Source: an uncultured Chloroflexia bacterium
Lineage (GTDB): Bacteria > Chloroflexota > Limnocylindria > Limnocylindrales > CSP1-4
Direction: 5' to 3'
DNA: 64,000 nt
Assembly (NCBI GenBank): GCA_963768655.1
Contig: CAVYIM010000005.1
Location: forward strand, 288,001-352,000
Positions 51,741 to 61,507 of the stretch are shown here, one piece after another; position 1 is the first letter of the stretch; each line of letters begins with the position of its first letter. A model generated the notes under the pieces. The model saw nothing but the letters and a program-made list of their open reading frames with translations. It was not told the origin of the DNA and searched no databases. A program made the position numbers and the translations under genes.

Positions 51741-54632
51741 TCACTCGGGCCCGGGCCCGTCCAGGACCTCGCGGACCTTGCGGGCAAGGCGCTCAGGCGT
51801 GAACGGCTTGGGCAGGAACGCGCTGTGCGTGGCAGTCTGCTGGGACAAGACGGTCGACTCGGCGTGGCCCGACATCAACACGGCCCGCGCCTGCGGAGCG
51901 ATGGCCGACAAACGCTTGAGCAGCTCGGGCCCGCTCATGCCCGGCATCATGACGTCGCTGACGATCACGTCGATGGCCGAGCCGACGAGGCCGGCGGTGC
52001 GGATGGCCTGGGCTCCGTCCGCCGCCTCGAGCACGACATAGCCATGGGCCCGCAGGCCGAGCACAGCCAGGCGACGCACGCGCGGTTCGTCCTCGACGAC
52101 GAGCACCGTCTCTGTGCCGGTGGGCATCGGCCGCGGCGGCGCCGGAACGGGCTGCGGGTCCGCGGCACCGTCCTTTCGGGGCAGGTAGATGCGGAAGGTC
52201 GTGCCCTGGCCGGGCTCGGAGTACACCCGAACGTGGCCGCCAACCGACCTCACGATACCGTGGCACGTCGCCAGACCGAGGCCCGTGCCCTTGCCCAGCT
52301 CCTTCGTGGTGAAGAATGGCTCGAACAGGTGTGAACGCACCTCCTCGGTCATGCCCACTCCCGTATCGGCCACCGCAAGCAGGACGTACGGCCCGGGAGT
52401 GGCGCCCGGGTTGGCAAGGGCCGACTCCTCGTCGATCGTCTCCTCGGCCGTCTCGATGAGCAAGCGACCGCCGTCGGGCATGGCGTCGCGGGCGTTGACG
52501 GTCAGATTCACCAGCAACTGCTGTATCTGGCCCGCGTCGGCTTCCACCATCCCCGCATCGGGATCGAGCGCGGTCTCGATCTCGATGTCGTCACCGAGCA
52601 GCCGTTGGAGCATCTTGAGCGAGTCGGAGACCAGTGCGCTCAGATCCAATCGCACCGGTGCGACGATCTGCCTGCTCGCGAACGTCAGCAGCTGCCTGGT
52701 CAGGCTGGCCGCCCGTTCGCCGGCCGCGGCCACCTCCTGCAGGTCGAGCTTGGCTGGATGGTCGGCCGGCAGGTCGGGCGGGAGATCGAGCTTGCACATC
52801 TCGACGTAGCCGAGAATCGCCGTCAGCAGGTTGTTGAAGTCGTGAGCCACGCCACCGGCAAGACGTCCGATCCCTTCCATCTTCTGCGATTGCAACAGCT
52901 GCTCCTGGAGGGTGCGCCGCTCGGTGATGTCCTGAATGACCCCGTCGTAAGCGATCGGCACCCCGTCGGGACCCAGCCGAAGGACCGGCGTGTCGCGGAC
53001 CCACCGGACGGCCCCGTCCTTGCGGAGGATCCGGTACTCGAGCGACCCGGTTGGCTCGCCCGCCAGGATCCGTCGAACCTGATCGGCAGCGACTTCCCGG
53101 TCCTCTGCAACCACCAAACTCAGCCACAACCCCGGGTCGGTGGACAGCTCTTCCGCCGTGTAGCCGGTTACCGCGACGCAACCGGGCCCGTGACTGACGC
53201 TCACAGCCTTGCCGTCCTCGATCTTCACGCTCATCACGTAGTCCGTGATGGTGTCGATGATGTGGCGGTAGCGCTCCTCGCTCTCGCGCCGCGCCTCCTC
53301 GGCCATCTTGAGATCCGTGATGTCGTCCGAGATCCCGAGGACGTACCGTGGTTGGCCCTGGTCATCGAAGATGGGCATCTTCGTCGTGTGGAAGATCCGC
53401 CGCCCATGGTGCGGCGTCGTCAGGGCCTCTTCGGGCACTACGATCGTCTGTCCCGTCTGCAGCACCTGCCGCTCCACCGACGCGAAGAACGCCGACTCGT
53501 CGGCCGGCGCAAGGCCCTGGTCATCCTGCCCGACCAGCTCGTCCCGTGTGTAGCCCAGCGCGTATTCGGCGGCTCGATTCACGCGCGCGAACCGCAGGTC
53601 GCGGGCGTCCTTCACGAAGACCATGACGGGGATGTTCTCGAGGATGTTGGCCAGGAAACGCTCGCTCTCCCGCAGCGCATCCTCGGCCCGGCGGCGATCC
53701 GTGACGTCCTCGAATGTGCCGAGGAGCCCGACCACGTGGCCTTCTCCGTCCAGCAGCGGCATCTTGCTGACGTGCACCCAGGTTGGACTGCCATCGGCCC
53801 GAACCTGGGCCTCGTCGTAGCCGAGCTTGGGCTGACCGCTGCTCATGACCGCGCGATCGTCGGCTACGTATGCGTCGGCGAGTTCCCGCCAGGGCAGATC
53901 GTAGTCGGTCTTGCCGACCAGGTCGGTCGGATCGGCAACGCCGGCGTCACGGGCGAACGCCGCGTTGCATCCGACGATGACCGAATCGGTGTCCTTCCAG
54001 AAGACGCGCTGCGGGACCGTGTCGAGTACGAGCCGGAGCATCTGCTGCGAGCGGAACAGTTCCTGCTCGGCGCGTCGGCGGGCGACGATGTCGTGCAGCG
54101 TGGCAATGTAGCCGTCGCCCAGCTTGGTGACGCTGACCTCGAAGTCACGCCCAAATCCCTCCGGGTCGCTGCGCCCGGCGACGTCGTGGTCCCGGACCGA
54201 GCTTCGAAGGAGGGGATCCCCGGTCTCGACCACTCGGACATACGCGTCGAACTGGCCGTTGGTGCGCCGGCCCGGGAAGAGATCGAGAATGGTGTGGCCG
54301 AGAAGCTCCTCGTGCGTCACACCGCTGATACGACTGGCGGCCTCGTTCGCATAGACGATCTGGAAGTCCACGATGCGGCCGGCCTCGTCGCGGATCGAGC
54401 GGTTGATCAGAACGCCATCCATCAGCCCATCGAAGAAGGCCGTGGATCGCCCATCGGCGCTCGAGAGACGCGCCTCAGCCTCGAGTCGCCGGCGTTCCGA
54501 CTCGTCGAGCCGGTGCGACAGGTCCGACAGCTGCAGACCCAGACTCTCGCCCTCCCCGGCCGGGTCGCGCGCCCCGCCCTGGACAGACACATCCGTCTCA
54601 CCGGTGGTCGGCTTTCGGTTGTGTGGGCTCAT
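51741..54632 (-). CDS. Cytoplasmic multi-PAS hybrid histidine kinase/response regulator (CckA-like)
   Basis: Four PAS domains, QKMEGIGRLAGGVAHDFNN, NARDAM, EPFFTTK..GKGTGLGL and REC (SDVMMP...KP). Confidence 0.95.
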   Translation of the reverse strand: MSPHNRKPTTGETDVSVQGGARDPAGEGESLGLQLSDLSHRLDESERRRLEAEARLSSADGRSTAFFDGLMDGVLINRSIRDEAGRIVDFQIVYANEAASRISGVTHEELLGHTILDLFPGRRTNGQFDAYVRVVETGDPLLRSSVRDHDVAGRSDPEGFGRDFEVSVTKLGDGYIATLHDIVARRRAEQELFRSQQMLRLVLDTVPQRVFWKDTDSVIVGCNAAFARDAGVADPTDLVGKTDYDLPWRELADAYVADDRAVMSSGQPKLGYDEAQVRADGSPTWVHVSKMPLLDGEGHVVGLLGTFEDVTDRRRAEDALRESERFLANILENIPVMVFVKDARDLRFARVNRAAEYALGYTRDELVGQDDQGLAPADESAFFASVERQVLQTGQTIVVPEEALTTPHHGRRIFHTTKMPIFDDQGQPRYVLGISDDITDLKMAEEARRESEERYRHIIDTITDYVMSVKIEDGKAVSVSHGPGCVAVTGYTAEELSTDPGLWLSLVVAEDREVAADQVRRILAGEPTGSLEYRILRKDGAVRWVRDTPVLRLGPDGVPIAYDGVIQDITERRTLQEQLLQSQKMEGIGRLAGGVAHDFNNLLTAILGYVEMCKLDLPPDLPADHPAKLDLQEVAAAGERAASLTRQLLTFASRQIVAPVRLDLSALVSDSLKMLQRLLGDDIEIETALDPDAGMVEADAGQIQQLLVNLTVNARDAMPDGGRLLIETAEETIDEESALANPGATPGPYVLLAVADTGVGMTEEVRSHLFEPFFTTKELGKGTGLGLATCHGIVRSVGGHVRVYSEPGQGTTFRIYLPRKDGAADPQPVPAPPRPMPTGTETVLVVEDEPRVRRLAVLGLRAHGYVVLEAADGAQAIRTAGLVGSAIDVIVSDVMMPGMSGPELLKRLSAIAPQARAVLMSGHAESTVLSQQTATHSAFLPKPFTPERLARKVREVLDGPGPE

Positions 54633-54825
54633 CGATGACTCCGGCCGCTCGTCCCTGCCAGCACGGTCGCCGGCGGGACGGCGTCCCGGCCCCCAGGCGT
54701 CCCTGCGAGGGATCGGTCGGGAGGCAGGGATTCTACACAGGCGTCGGGGTTGGTCTGGCCGCGCGCCCCGGCGCGGCCACCGGGACACGTGACGACCCAT
54801 CACGGCGCCGCCACGTCCGGGGCCA

Positions 54826-55455
54826 TCAGGACTTCAGCGTGAACGAGTTGAAGAAGACCCCTGCACCGTTCGGGTCGTCGTTCGGGCCGATGATCGCCTC
54901 CAGCAGGTACATCCGCGTCGCGACCAGGTAGGCGCGACACTCTACGGTCCCGCCGGAGTAGAGCACTGACCAGGTACGTCCCGGGTGACCGTTCAGATCG
55001 ATCTGCGACTGGCTGACGATCTGACCGCCGCTCGAGCCCGCGACCTGACTGGCCTGGCCCTCGGCCAGCAGGGAGTCCGCCGACTTTCCGGCGAGAGAGG
55101 CGGCCGTGTAGTCCACCCATGCGACGAGATAACCGGTCTTGCCACCCGGATTCAGGACCATCTCGGTCGTCTCGGGCACGGTCGCGCCACCGCTCACGGT
55201 GAGCGTCTTCTTCGTCTCGGTTGGGACCGCCGGCATCTGGATCTCGAAAGATTGGTCGGCAGGCGTGAAGGTGATCCACGCGCCGCTCGGCCGGGGCGTG
55301 ACTCCCGGCGCCAGAGTGACCGTCGGGATCGACGCGGCGGCCGACTGCGGCGTCAACGCGCCATTCGTGGCCGTGCCGTGCGGGGTACCGGAGGACCCCG
55401 CGCAGGCGGTGACCAGGAGCGCGAAGCCGAGGATGGCCAGGCGACGGGAAGCCAT
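54826..55455 (-). CDS. Lipoprotein, PsbP/Mog1-like fold suspected
   Basis: Lipobox VTA-C; F.IQMP..P and FFNSF.L termini; GGAGG RBS. Confidence 0.75.
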   Translation of the reverse strand: MASRRLAILGFALLVTACAGSSGTPHGTATNGALTPQSAAASIPTVTLAPGVTPRPSGAWITFTPADQSFEIQMPAVPTETKKTLTVSGGATVPETTEMVLNPGGKTGYLVAWVDYTAASLAGKSADSLLAEGQASQVAGSSGGQIVSQSQIDLNGHPGRTWSVLYSGGTVECRAYLVATRMYLLEAIIGPNDDPNGAGVFFNSFTLKS

Positions 55456-55543
55456 GCGCGTCCCTCCGTGGACATGCCGCGTGACGGCGGCTGCGGTTGA
55501 GCTGGACGTTGTTCGGTCGCTTACGTCTGCTGTCAAGGTCGCC

Positions 55544-57148
55544 TCAGCTGTTCGGGTTGGGACTGGGGCTGACACTTGGGCTGGGGGTCGACAGCGGGGG
55601 CGGAGTCAGCAATGGCATACCTCCTACGACCACATTCGTAATCCCTTGAAGAGCGTCGTCCACAAGGGCCACCTGCTCGTCCACCGTCGTGGTGTCGGTC
55701 TGGTCGGTCGTGTCGGTCGTGGTCGTGTCGAAGAAGTCGTCACCGCCGGCCACGTCGGGCACGGAGTCGGTGGCATCGACAGGGTGGACTTCCACGATCG
55801 TGTCGCCGTGCTCGTCGATCGCGATCGGAGCGCCGTTGACCATGACCCAGCCGTTGAGCAGGTCGTCGGGGCCGACGTAGTGGTAGGTATTGGTGGCGGG
55901 GTCGTAGGTCCACCACGGCGAGTTGGTGTTGGTGCCGCCCGTGCCGGACCCGGCGGTGGTGTCCTCGCCGCTGGTCGTGGTGTCGGTCTGGTCGGTCGTG
56001 TCGGTCGTGGTCGTGTCGAAGAAGTCGTCACCGCCGGCCACGTCGGGCACGGAGTCGGTGGCATCGACAGGGTGGACTTCCACGATCGTGTCGCCGTGCT
56101 CGTCGATCGCGATCGGAGCGCCGTTGACCATGACCCAGCCGTTGAGCAGGTCGTCGGGGCCGACGTAGTGGTAGGTATTGGTGGCGGGGTCGTAGGTCCA
56201 CCACGGCGAGTTGGTGTTGGTGCCGCCCGTGCCGGACCCGGCGGTGGTGTCCTCGCCGCTGGTCGTGGTGTCGGTCTGGTCGGTCGTGTCGGTCGTGGTC
56301 GTGTCGAAGAAGTCGTCACCGCCGGCCACGTCGGGCACGGAGTCGGTGGCATCGACGGGGTGGACTTCCACGATCGTGTCGCCGTGCTCGTCGATCGCGA
56401 TCGGAGCGCCGTTGACCATGACCCAGCCGTTGAGCAGGTCGTCGGGGCCGACGTAGTGGTAGGTATTGGTGGCGGGGTCGTAGGTCCACCACGGCGAGTT
56501 GGTGTTGGTGCCGCCCGTGCCGGACCCGGCGGTGGTGTCCTCGCCGCTGGTCGTGGTGTCGGTCTGGTCGCCGAAGAATGCGTCGTCGCCGAACGGGTCG
56601 GGCTGGTCTGCGGTCTGCTGGCCCGGGTTGGTGTTGGTGCCCCCGTTGTCGCCCGGGTTCGTGTTGTCGCCGCCGTTGTCGCCGCCGCTGGACCCGCTCT
56701 GGTCGGTTACCCGCATTGCCTGAAACGTGCCGTTGTACAGACTCCCGCCCTTCTCCGACTTCCATGTGACCGTCATCATCCGGCCATACGGAGTGAGCAC
56801 GAGCGTGCCCGCACCGCGGTCTTCGGGATCGGACTTCTGGTAGGTGGCGCCATGCCAGAAGGTGAAGGTGCCGTTGAGCCCGTTCAGCGTGCCCGATATC
56901 TCCAGACCCTCGGGCGATGTTCCGGTGAACGCCTTGCCTTTCTGGACGATGTCGATGCTGCCCAGCCCGAGGGCGTCCCAGTGGCCGGCCAGGCTGAACG
57001 CGACCGGCGTGGGTGTCACACTCGGTGTAGGCGTCGACAAGACATCCGCGGCTCGCACCGACCCGGCTCCGGCGGCGGCCAACAGGCTCGCAAGGAGAAC
57101 GGCAGCGGCGCGGGCGCGCAGGCCCGACCACTTGACGGTCATCGGCAT
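55544..57148 (-). CDS. Secreted acidic protein with three 96-aa tandem repeats
   Basis: Signal peptide, beta-rich N-domain, D/T/G-rich repeats. Confidence 0.8.
   Translation of the reverse strand: MPMTVKWSGLRARAAAVLLASLLAAAGAGSVRAADVLSTPTPSVTPTPVAFSLAGHWDALGLGSIDIVQKGKAFTGTSPEGLEISGTLNGLNGTFTFWHGATYQKSDPEDRGAGTLVLTPYGRMMTVTWKSEKGGSLYNGTFQAMRVTDQSGSSGGDNGGDNTNPGDNGGTNTNPGQQTADQPDPFGDDAFFGDQTDTTTSGEDTTAGSGTGGTNTNSPWWTYDPATNTYHYVGPDDLLNGWVMVNGAPIAIDEHGDTIVEVHPVDATDSVPDVAGGDDFFDTTTTDTTDQTDTTTSGEDTTAGSGTGGTNTNSPWWTYDPATNTYHYVGPDDLLNGWVMVNGAPIAIDEHGDTIVEVHPVDATDSVPDVAGGDDFFDTTTTDTTDQTDTTTSGEDTTAGSGTGGTNTNSPWWTYDPATNTYHYVGPDDLLNGWVMVNGAPIAIDEHGDTIVEVHPVDATDSVPDVAGGDDFFDTTTTDTTDQTDTTTVDEQVALVDDALQGITNVVVGGMPLLTPPPLSTPSPSVSPSPNPNS
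55686..56570. repeat. 288-bp tandem repeat, three copies plus 21 bp
   Basis: Units start at 55686, 55974, 56262 and 56550 (partial); one substitution seen (ATCGACAGGG vs ATCGACGGGG near 56357). Confidence 0.95.
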
Positions 57149-57404
57149 TGCTCCGCGGGACGCTGAGCTTCGCCCCCCTGGACCCGATGGTTGCTCCCCG
57201 GCCGGAATTCTCTCACGCTGTGGGAAGATCTGCGGGCCGGCCCTGTTCCCGGGAACGCGTCTTGCGGTACTCCGCGCCTCAAGCCGCCGGCGCCGATCGT
57301 CGTTGTGCGTTCGACGCCGTAGCCCGCCCGCCCCGGGCGTGGTTGCGCGTTTTTCGATCCCTGGCTCACACTTCCCGTGCTACGGATACGGAGGAACGAC
57401 CCCT

Positions 57405-59807
57405 TTGGACGAAGTGACGCCTCAGCCCGGCCAGCCTTCGGAGCAGCCTGGCGGAGAGGTTGGACGGCGTCGGGCCGGGCCATCGGGCGGGCCCGACGCG
57501 CCGAGCCTCCGGGCGCGCATCCGAACGGTCGCGCAGGCTTCGCTCCCGAGGGGCGCCCTGATCCTGTCGTCGATCACGGCTATCGGCGTGATCCTGGGCC
57601 TGCTCGAAACCAAGGTGCTGGCCCACTTCTTCGGCGCCGGTACCGACACCGACGCCTTTTACGCGGCCCAGGTGCTCCCCAGCCTCGTGCTCGAGATTCT
57701 GGTCGTAGGCGGGGTCAGCGCCTCGTTCGTGCCGCTCTTCGTGGGGCTTCGGGACGAGGATCCGGCCGATGCGGTGGCGTTCGGGCGAACCCTCCTGACG
57801 CTGGCGATCCTGGCGATGACGGCGGCGACGGTGGTAATGACCGTCTTCGCTCCGCAGTGCGTGTCATTCGTAGCGCCGGGGTTCAGCGGCCAGCAACGGG
57901 ACGAGTGCATAAGCCTGTTCCGGATCCTGAGCGTCACCCAGATCATCTTTGCCGCGACCTGGATCCTGGGCGAGATCCTGATCGCGGAGAAGCGCTGGCT
58001 CACCTACGCCATCGCGCCCCTCATGTGGTCCGGCGGGATCATCGCCGGGACTCTGGTGCTGCAGGGCCCGCTCGGGATATACGCGTCGGCGATCGGCGCG
58101 GTTGCTGGAGCGCTGGCCTATCTCGGGATCCGCCTGTTCGGCGTCTTCCGGGCCGGCTTCCAGCCCTGGCCGAGCCTCAACCTTCGGGCGAAGGGCCTCC
58201 GCCAATACGCCTGGCTGATGCTGCCCAAGATGCTCAGCCAGCCGCTCAAATCGTCGGTCATCGTGCTCTACTTCACCGCACTCGCATCGACCCTCCAGAC
58301 CGGCTCCGTTGCCGACCTGACCTGGGCGCGCAAGTTCCAGACGAACCCGGAGCTGGTAATCGGGGCCCAGTTCGCCATCGCGGCCTTCCCCGCCCTCGCG
58401 GCCGCCGCAGACCTGGGCGATCGACGCGCCTTCCGGCGGGTCTTCAGCAGGAACCTGGCGACGATTGCCGTGCTGTCGACTGCCGTTGCGGTCGGCCTTC
58501 TTTCCCTGGGCTGGCTGGCGGTCCGGATCGTGCTGGGCGGCGGTGCCTTCAACGCCAATGACATCAGCATCACGACGATTCTCGTGGCCGTGTTCGCCGT
58601 CTCGATTCCTCTCGAAAGCGTGGTCGAACTGCTGGCCCGCGCCATCTACGCGACCCGGAACACGCTGATACCCACGCTGGCCTCTGTCGCCAGCTTCATC
58701 GCCCTGTTCATCACAGCCCAGGGCCTGGCCCCGACAGCCGGTCTGGTGGCTATCCCAGCCGCCTACGGAGTAGGGCAGGGCGTCAAGCTCGTGATCCTCG
58801 CGATCGCGCTCGCTCCGAGGATGGATCGCATCGGCCGGCCCGCGCCGGCGCCCGCGTGGACACCGCCACGCGTGCAGGTGCGCCTGGCGGAGAACCGGTC
58901 GGGAAGTGCATATGCGAGCCGCGGCATGGGACGCGCCCAGAAGGTGGCGCTGGGCGTAGCCGTGACCGCCTGCCTGACGGTCGGCGGATTGTACACGGCG
59001 GCCCAGGCGCTCAATGGAGCCAGCTTCGGCTATGCGCCTCTGGTGACTCCAAGGCCGCGGGTCCAGCCTACCGAGGACATCGCCGTCGCGACGCCCGCAC
59101 CCTCGGGCATCGCCTCCGCGAGCGCGACCGCAACCGCAACCGCAGGCGGGACGCAGCTGGCGACGGCGGCTCCGTCCGGACCGGCGTCGACTCCCACGCC
59201 GCCCGGCCAGTTCGCCATGGACCTCTATCAGCCGGGTGACTTCGTCGGGGAGATGGAGAACACGTGGTGCATACCCGCGGCGATGCAGACGATGGAGAAC
59301 ATCATGAACGCCGGCGCCGACACCTCTGAGACGACGCAGGCCTACCTGTACGACCTGGCCAATCAGATCTCCGAGGCCCGCAACGGCAGCCCGAACCCGG
59401 AGGGCCTGACGGGCGGCCTGCAGCAGGGCGGCTACGGCAACTATGCGATCCAGACCAAGCCCACCATGGCGGCGGCCATCAACGTGGTCGTCAAGCAGAT
59501 ACGCCTCACGAACCGGCCGGCCGCGCTCTTCGTCTGGTACGGCTGGCACACCTGGGTCGTCTCTGGGTTCGTCGCATCGGCCGACCCGGCCCTGACGGAC
59601 AACTACACCGTCCTCTCGCTCTATGTCGAGGACGTGTGGTACAACCGGCACTCCACCTTGTGGAACAAGACCCGCGGCGGCTACTCGCGCCCGCCCGACT
59701 CGCTGGTGCCGTACAACTTGCTGTCGCAGGACTACCTGAAGTGGGACCAGGCGGTCTACTACGCCGGCAAGCAGAACCAGTACGTGTTCGCCGTACCGGT
59801 CACGTAG
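57405..59807 (+). CDS. murJ: MurJ/MviN lipid II flippase fused to C-terminal papain/C39-like domain
   Basis: FGAG..TDAFYAA..LP, SFVP.F and RA.YA..NT..P MviN motifs; extra TM, P/T/A linker, then WCIPAAMQTM, GWHTWVVSGF and VEDVW. Confidence 0.85.
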   Translation: MDEVTPQPGQPSEQPGGEVGRRRAGPSGGPDAPSLRARIRTVAQASLPRGALILSSITAIGVILGLLETKVLAHFFGAGTDTDAFYAAQVLPSLVLEILVVGGVSASFVPLFVGLRDEDPADAVAFGRTLLTLAILAMTAATVVMTVFAPQCVSFVAPGFSGQQRDECISLFRILSVTQIIFAATWILGEILIAEKRWLTYAIAPLMWSGGIIAGTLVLQGPLGIYASAIGAVAGALAYLGIRLFGVFRAGFQPWPSLNLRAKGLRQYAWLMLPKMLSQPLKSSVIVLYFTALASTLQTGSVADLTWARKFQTNPELVIGAQFAIAAFPALAAAADLGDRRAFRRVFSRNLATIAVLSTAVAVGLLSLGWLAVRIVLGGGAFNANDISITTILVAVFAVSIPLESVVELLARAIYATRNTLIPTLASVASFIALFITAQGLAPTAGLVAIPAAYGVGQGVKLVILAIALAPRMDRIGRPAPAPAWTPPRVQVRLAENRSGSAYASRGMGRAQKVALGVAVTACLTVGGLYTAAQALNGASFGYAPLVTPRPRVQPTEDIAVATPAPSGIASASATATATAGGTQLATAAPSGPASTPTPPGQFAMDLYQPGDFVGEMENTWCIPAAMQTMENIMNAGADTSETTQAYLYDLANQISEARNGSPNPEGLTGGLQQGGYGNYAIQTKPTMAAAINVVVKQIRLTNRPAALFVWYGWHTWVVSGFVASADPALTDNYTVLSLYVEDVWYNRHSTLWNKTRGGYSRPPDSLVPYNLLSQDYLKWDQAVYYAGKQNQYVFAVPVT

Positions 59808-59871
59808 CCCGAACCCACAGGTCACGCCGCGCGGATCACCGGGCCGGCGCAGAAACGGGACAGTCGTTGAC

Positions 59872-59891
59872 AGGTGACCCATGAGTCACCT
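59872..59891 (+). promoter_or_regulatory. ArsR operator within promoter
   Basis: AGGTGAC-CCATGA-GTCACCT inverted repeat between TTGACA and TATTGT, immediately before the ArsR start. Confidence 0.7.
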
Positions 59892-59902
59892 ATTGTCGGT
59901 CG

Positions 59903-60673
59903 ATGGACGAGGTCTTTCGGGCGCTGGCGGACCCAAGTCGCCGGTTGCTGCTGGACAGTCTCTTCGAGCGAGACGGCCAATCGCTCCTGGAGCTGACGGC
60001 GCACCTGCCGATGAGCCGCTTCGGCGTCATGAAGCACCTCCGAGTCCTCGAAAGCGCCGGCCTGGTCACCGCTCGCAAGGTGGGGCGCGAGAAGCGCCAC
60101 TACCTGAACCCGGTCCCGATCCGGCTCATCCACGATCGCTGGATCAGCAGATACGCCGAGCCGATCGTCGCGCAACTCACCGCGCTGAAGGCTCACCTGG
60201 AGGAAGAACCGATGGGCGTCCCACCCCGCCATGTCTACGAGATCCTCATTCGCACCACGCCGGAACGGCTGTGGCGAGCCATCACCGACCCGGCGGACAC
60301 GCAGCTCTACTACTACGGCACGAAGGTCCAGTCCGATTGGAAGCCCGGATCGCGTCTCGTCTACCTCGACGGCGACCAGGTCACGCTCGACTGCAAGATC
60401 GTCGAGATCGAGGCCCCCCGCCGGCTGGTCCACACCTTCACGATGGTCTACGACCCGGAGATGGCGGCGGAGCGACCGTCACGCGTTTCGTGGGTGATCG
60501 AGAAGCAGGGCGAGCTCTGCCGGCTGACGCTGGTCCACGACGACTTCGACGGCGAGACGAAGACCTACCGCGAGGTCGAGCACGGCTGGGCCGAGATTCT
60601 GTCCGGCCTCAAGACGCTGCTCGAAACCGGCCAGCCGCTGCACATCGGCGTGGAAACGGAGATGCCCGCCTAG
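59903..60673 (+). CDS. ArsR family HTH regulator fused to SRPBCC/AHA1 domain
   Basis: VFRALADPSRR..LD.L, MSRFGVMKHL.VLE.AGLV, then I.IRTTPERLW.AITDP and GW..ILS.LKTLLETG. Confidence 0.92.
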   Translation: MDEVFRALADPSRRLLLDSLFERDGQSLLELTAHLPMSRFGVMKHLRVLESAGLVTARKVGREKRHYLNPVPIRLIHDRWISRYAEPIVAQLTALKAHLEEEPMGVPPRHVYEILIRTTPERLWRAITDPADTQLYYYGTKVQSDWKPGSRLVYLDGDQVTLDCKIVEIEAPRRLVHTFTMVYDPEMAAERPSRVSWVIEKQGELCRLTLVHDDFDGETKTYREVEHGWAEILSGLKTLLETGQPLHIGVETEMPA

Positions 60674-60787
60674 ACAGCCTGTCAGTTCGGGGTCGTGGCA
60701 ACGTCCACGGCCCCGAATCTTCGCGCCCGCTTAGGCTAGAGTGGCGCTGTCGCCGTCCGGGAGGTCCAGCAGACAACGGAGGGAGCA

Positions 60788-61507
60788 ATGCCTGGCGAGC
60801 TGTTCGAACGCGCCACCACCGAAACGCCCGTCGTCGCAGCGTCGGAGATGGAGGTGGCCTCCCGCGACCGTGGCTATGGCGGCGTGGCGATCCTGCTCGC
60901 GGTCGCCGCGGTCGTGGCCGCGATCATCGGCGCTCGCGCTTCGATGGTCTCGAGCGACGCCAACGACTCGTGGCAGTCAGCCTTGCGCACCGAGGTCAAA
61001 CGTTCCGCCGCAGCGATGAACGACGTGCAGGCTCTCTATCAGAGCGACCTTCCGACGGCAATCGAGGTTCTCAAGGCCCAGATCCTGGCCAGGGAGCTGC
61101 AGGCCGCCGAAGCGGGCCAGAGCCCGGCCGTCCAGCAGGCGCTCGAGGTCGAAGCCAGCGTTCAGAGCCAGCTCGCGGTCGCCCTGGCGTCCGGCGCCGA
61201 GCTTGCCAGCGACCCGGCGTACGCCCTGCCATCGGGAGGCTTCGACCTGGGCAAGAGCCTGGCCGATATCCGATCCACCAACCCCCAGCTCTTAGCCCTC
61301 GATCCGGATAGCCAGGAGGCGGCCGGCGACTCGCTGGCCCAGAAGGCGCTGCTCCTGACCCTCGCTCTGATACCGACGGGTCTGTGTGCCCTGCTCGGTG
61401 TCCTGGCTCAACCGCTACGGCGCTACCGCAAGGTCCTGCTTGGCAGTGGCGTCGTCGCTCTCGCGGTCGGAGTGGTGATGGCGATCGGCGTGGAGGTGCT
61501 CGCATGA
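60788..61507 (+). CDS. DUF4337-like membrane protein (TM, helical ectodomain, 2 TM)
   Basis: VAILLAVAAVVAAI TM, A.D.W motif, C-terminal TM pair. Confidence 0.6.
   Translation: MPGELFERATTETPVVAASEMEVASRDRGYGGVAILLAVAAVVAAIIGARASMVSSDANDSWQSALRTEVKRSAAAMNDVQALYQSDLPTAIEVLKAQILARELQAAEAGQSPAVQQALEVEASVQSQLAVALASGAELASDPAYALPSGGFDLGKSLADIRSTNPQLLALDPDSQEAAGDSLAQKALLLTLALIPTGLCALLGVLAQPLRRYRKVLLGSGVVALAVGVVMAIGVEVLA

Noticed and set aside
55686-56570. Regular repeats as a CRISPR array or DGR template
   Set aside because: The units are 288-bp in-frame coding repeats without unique spacers; no cas or reverse transcriptase gene is present
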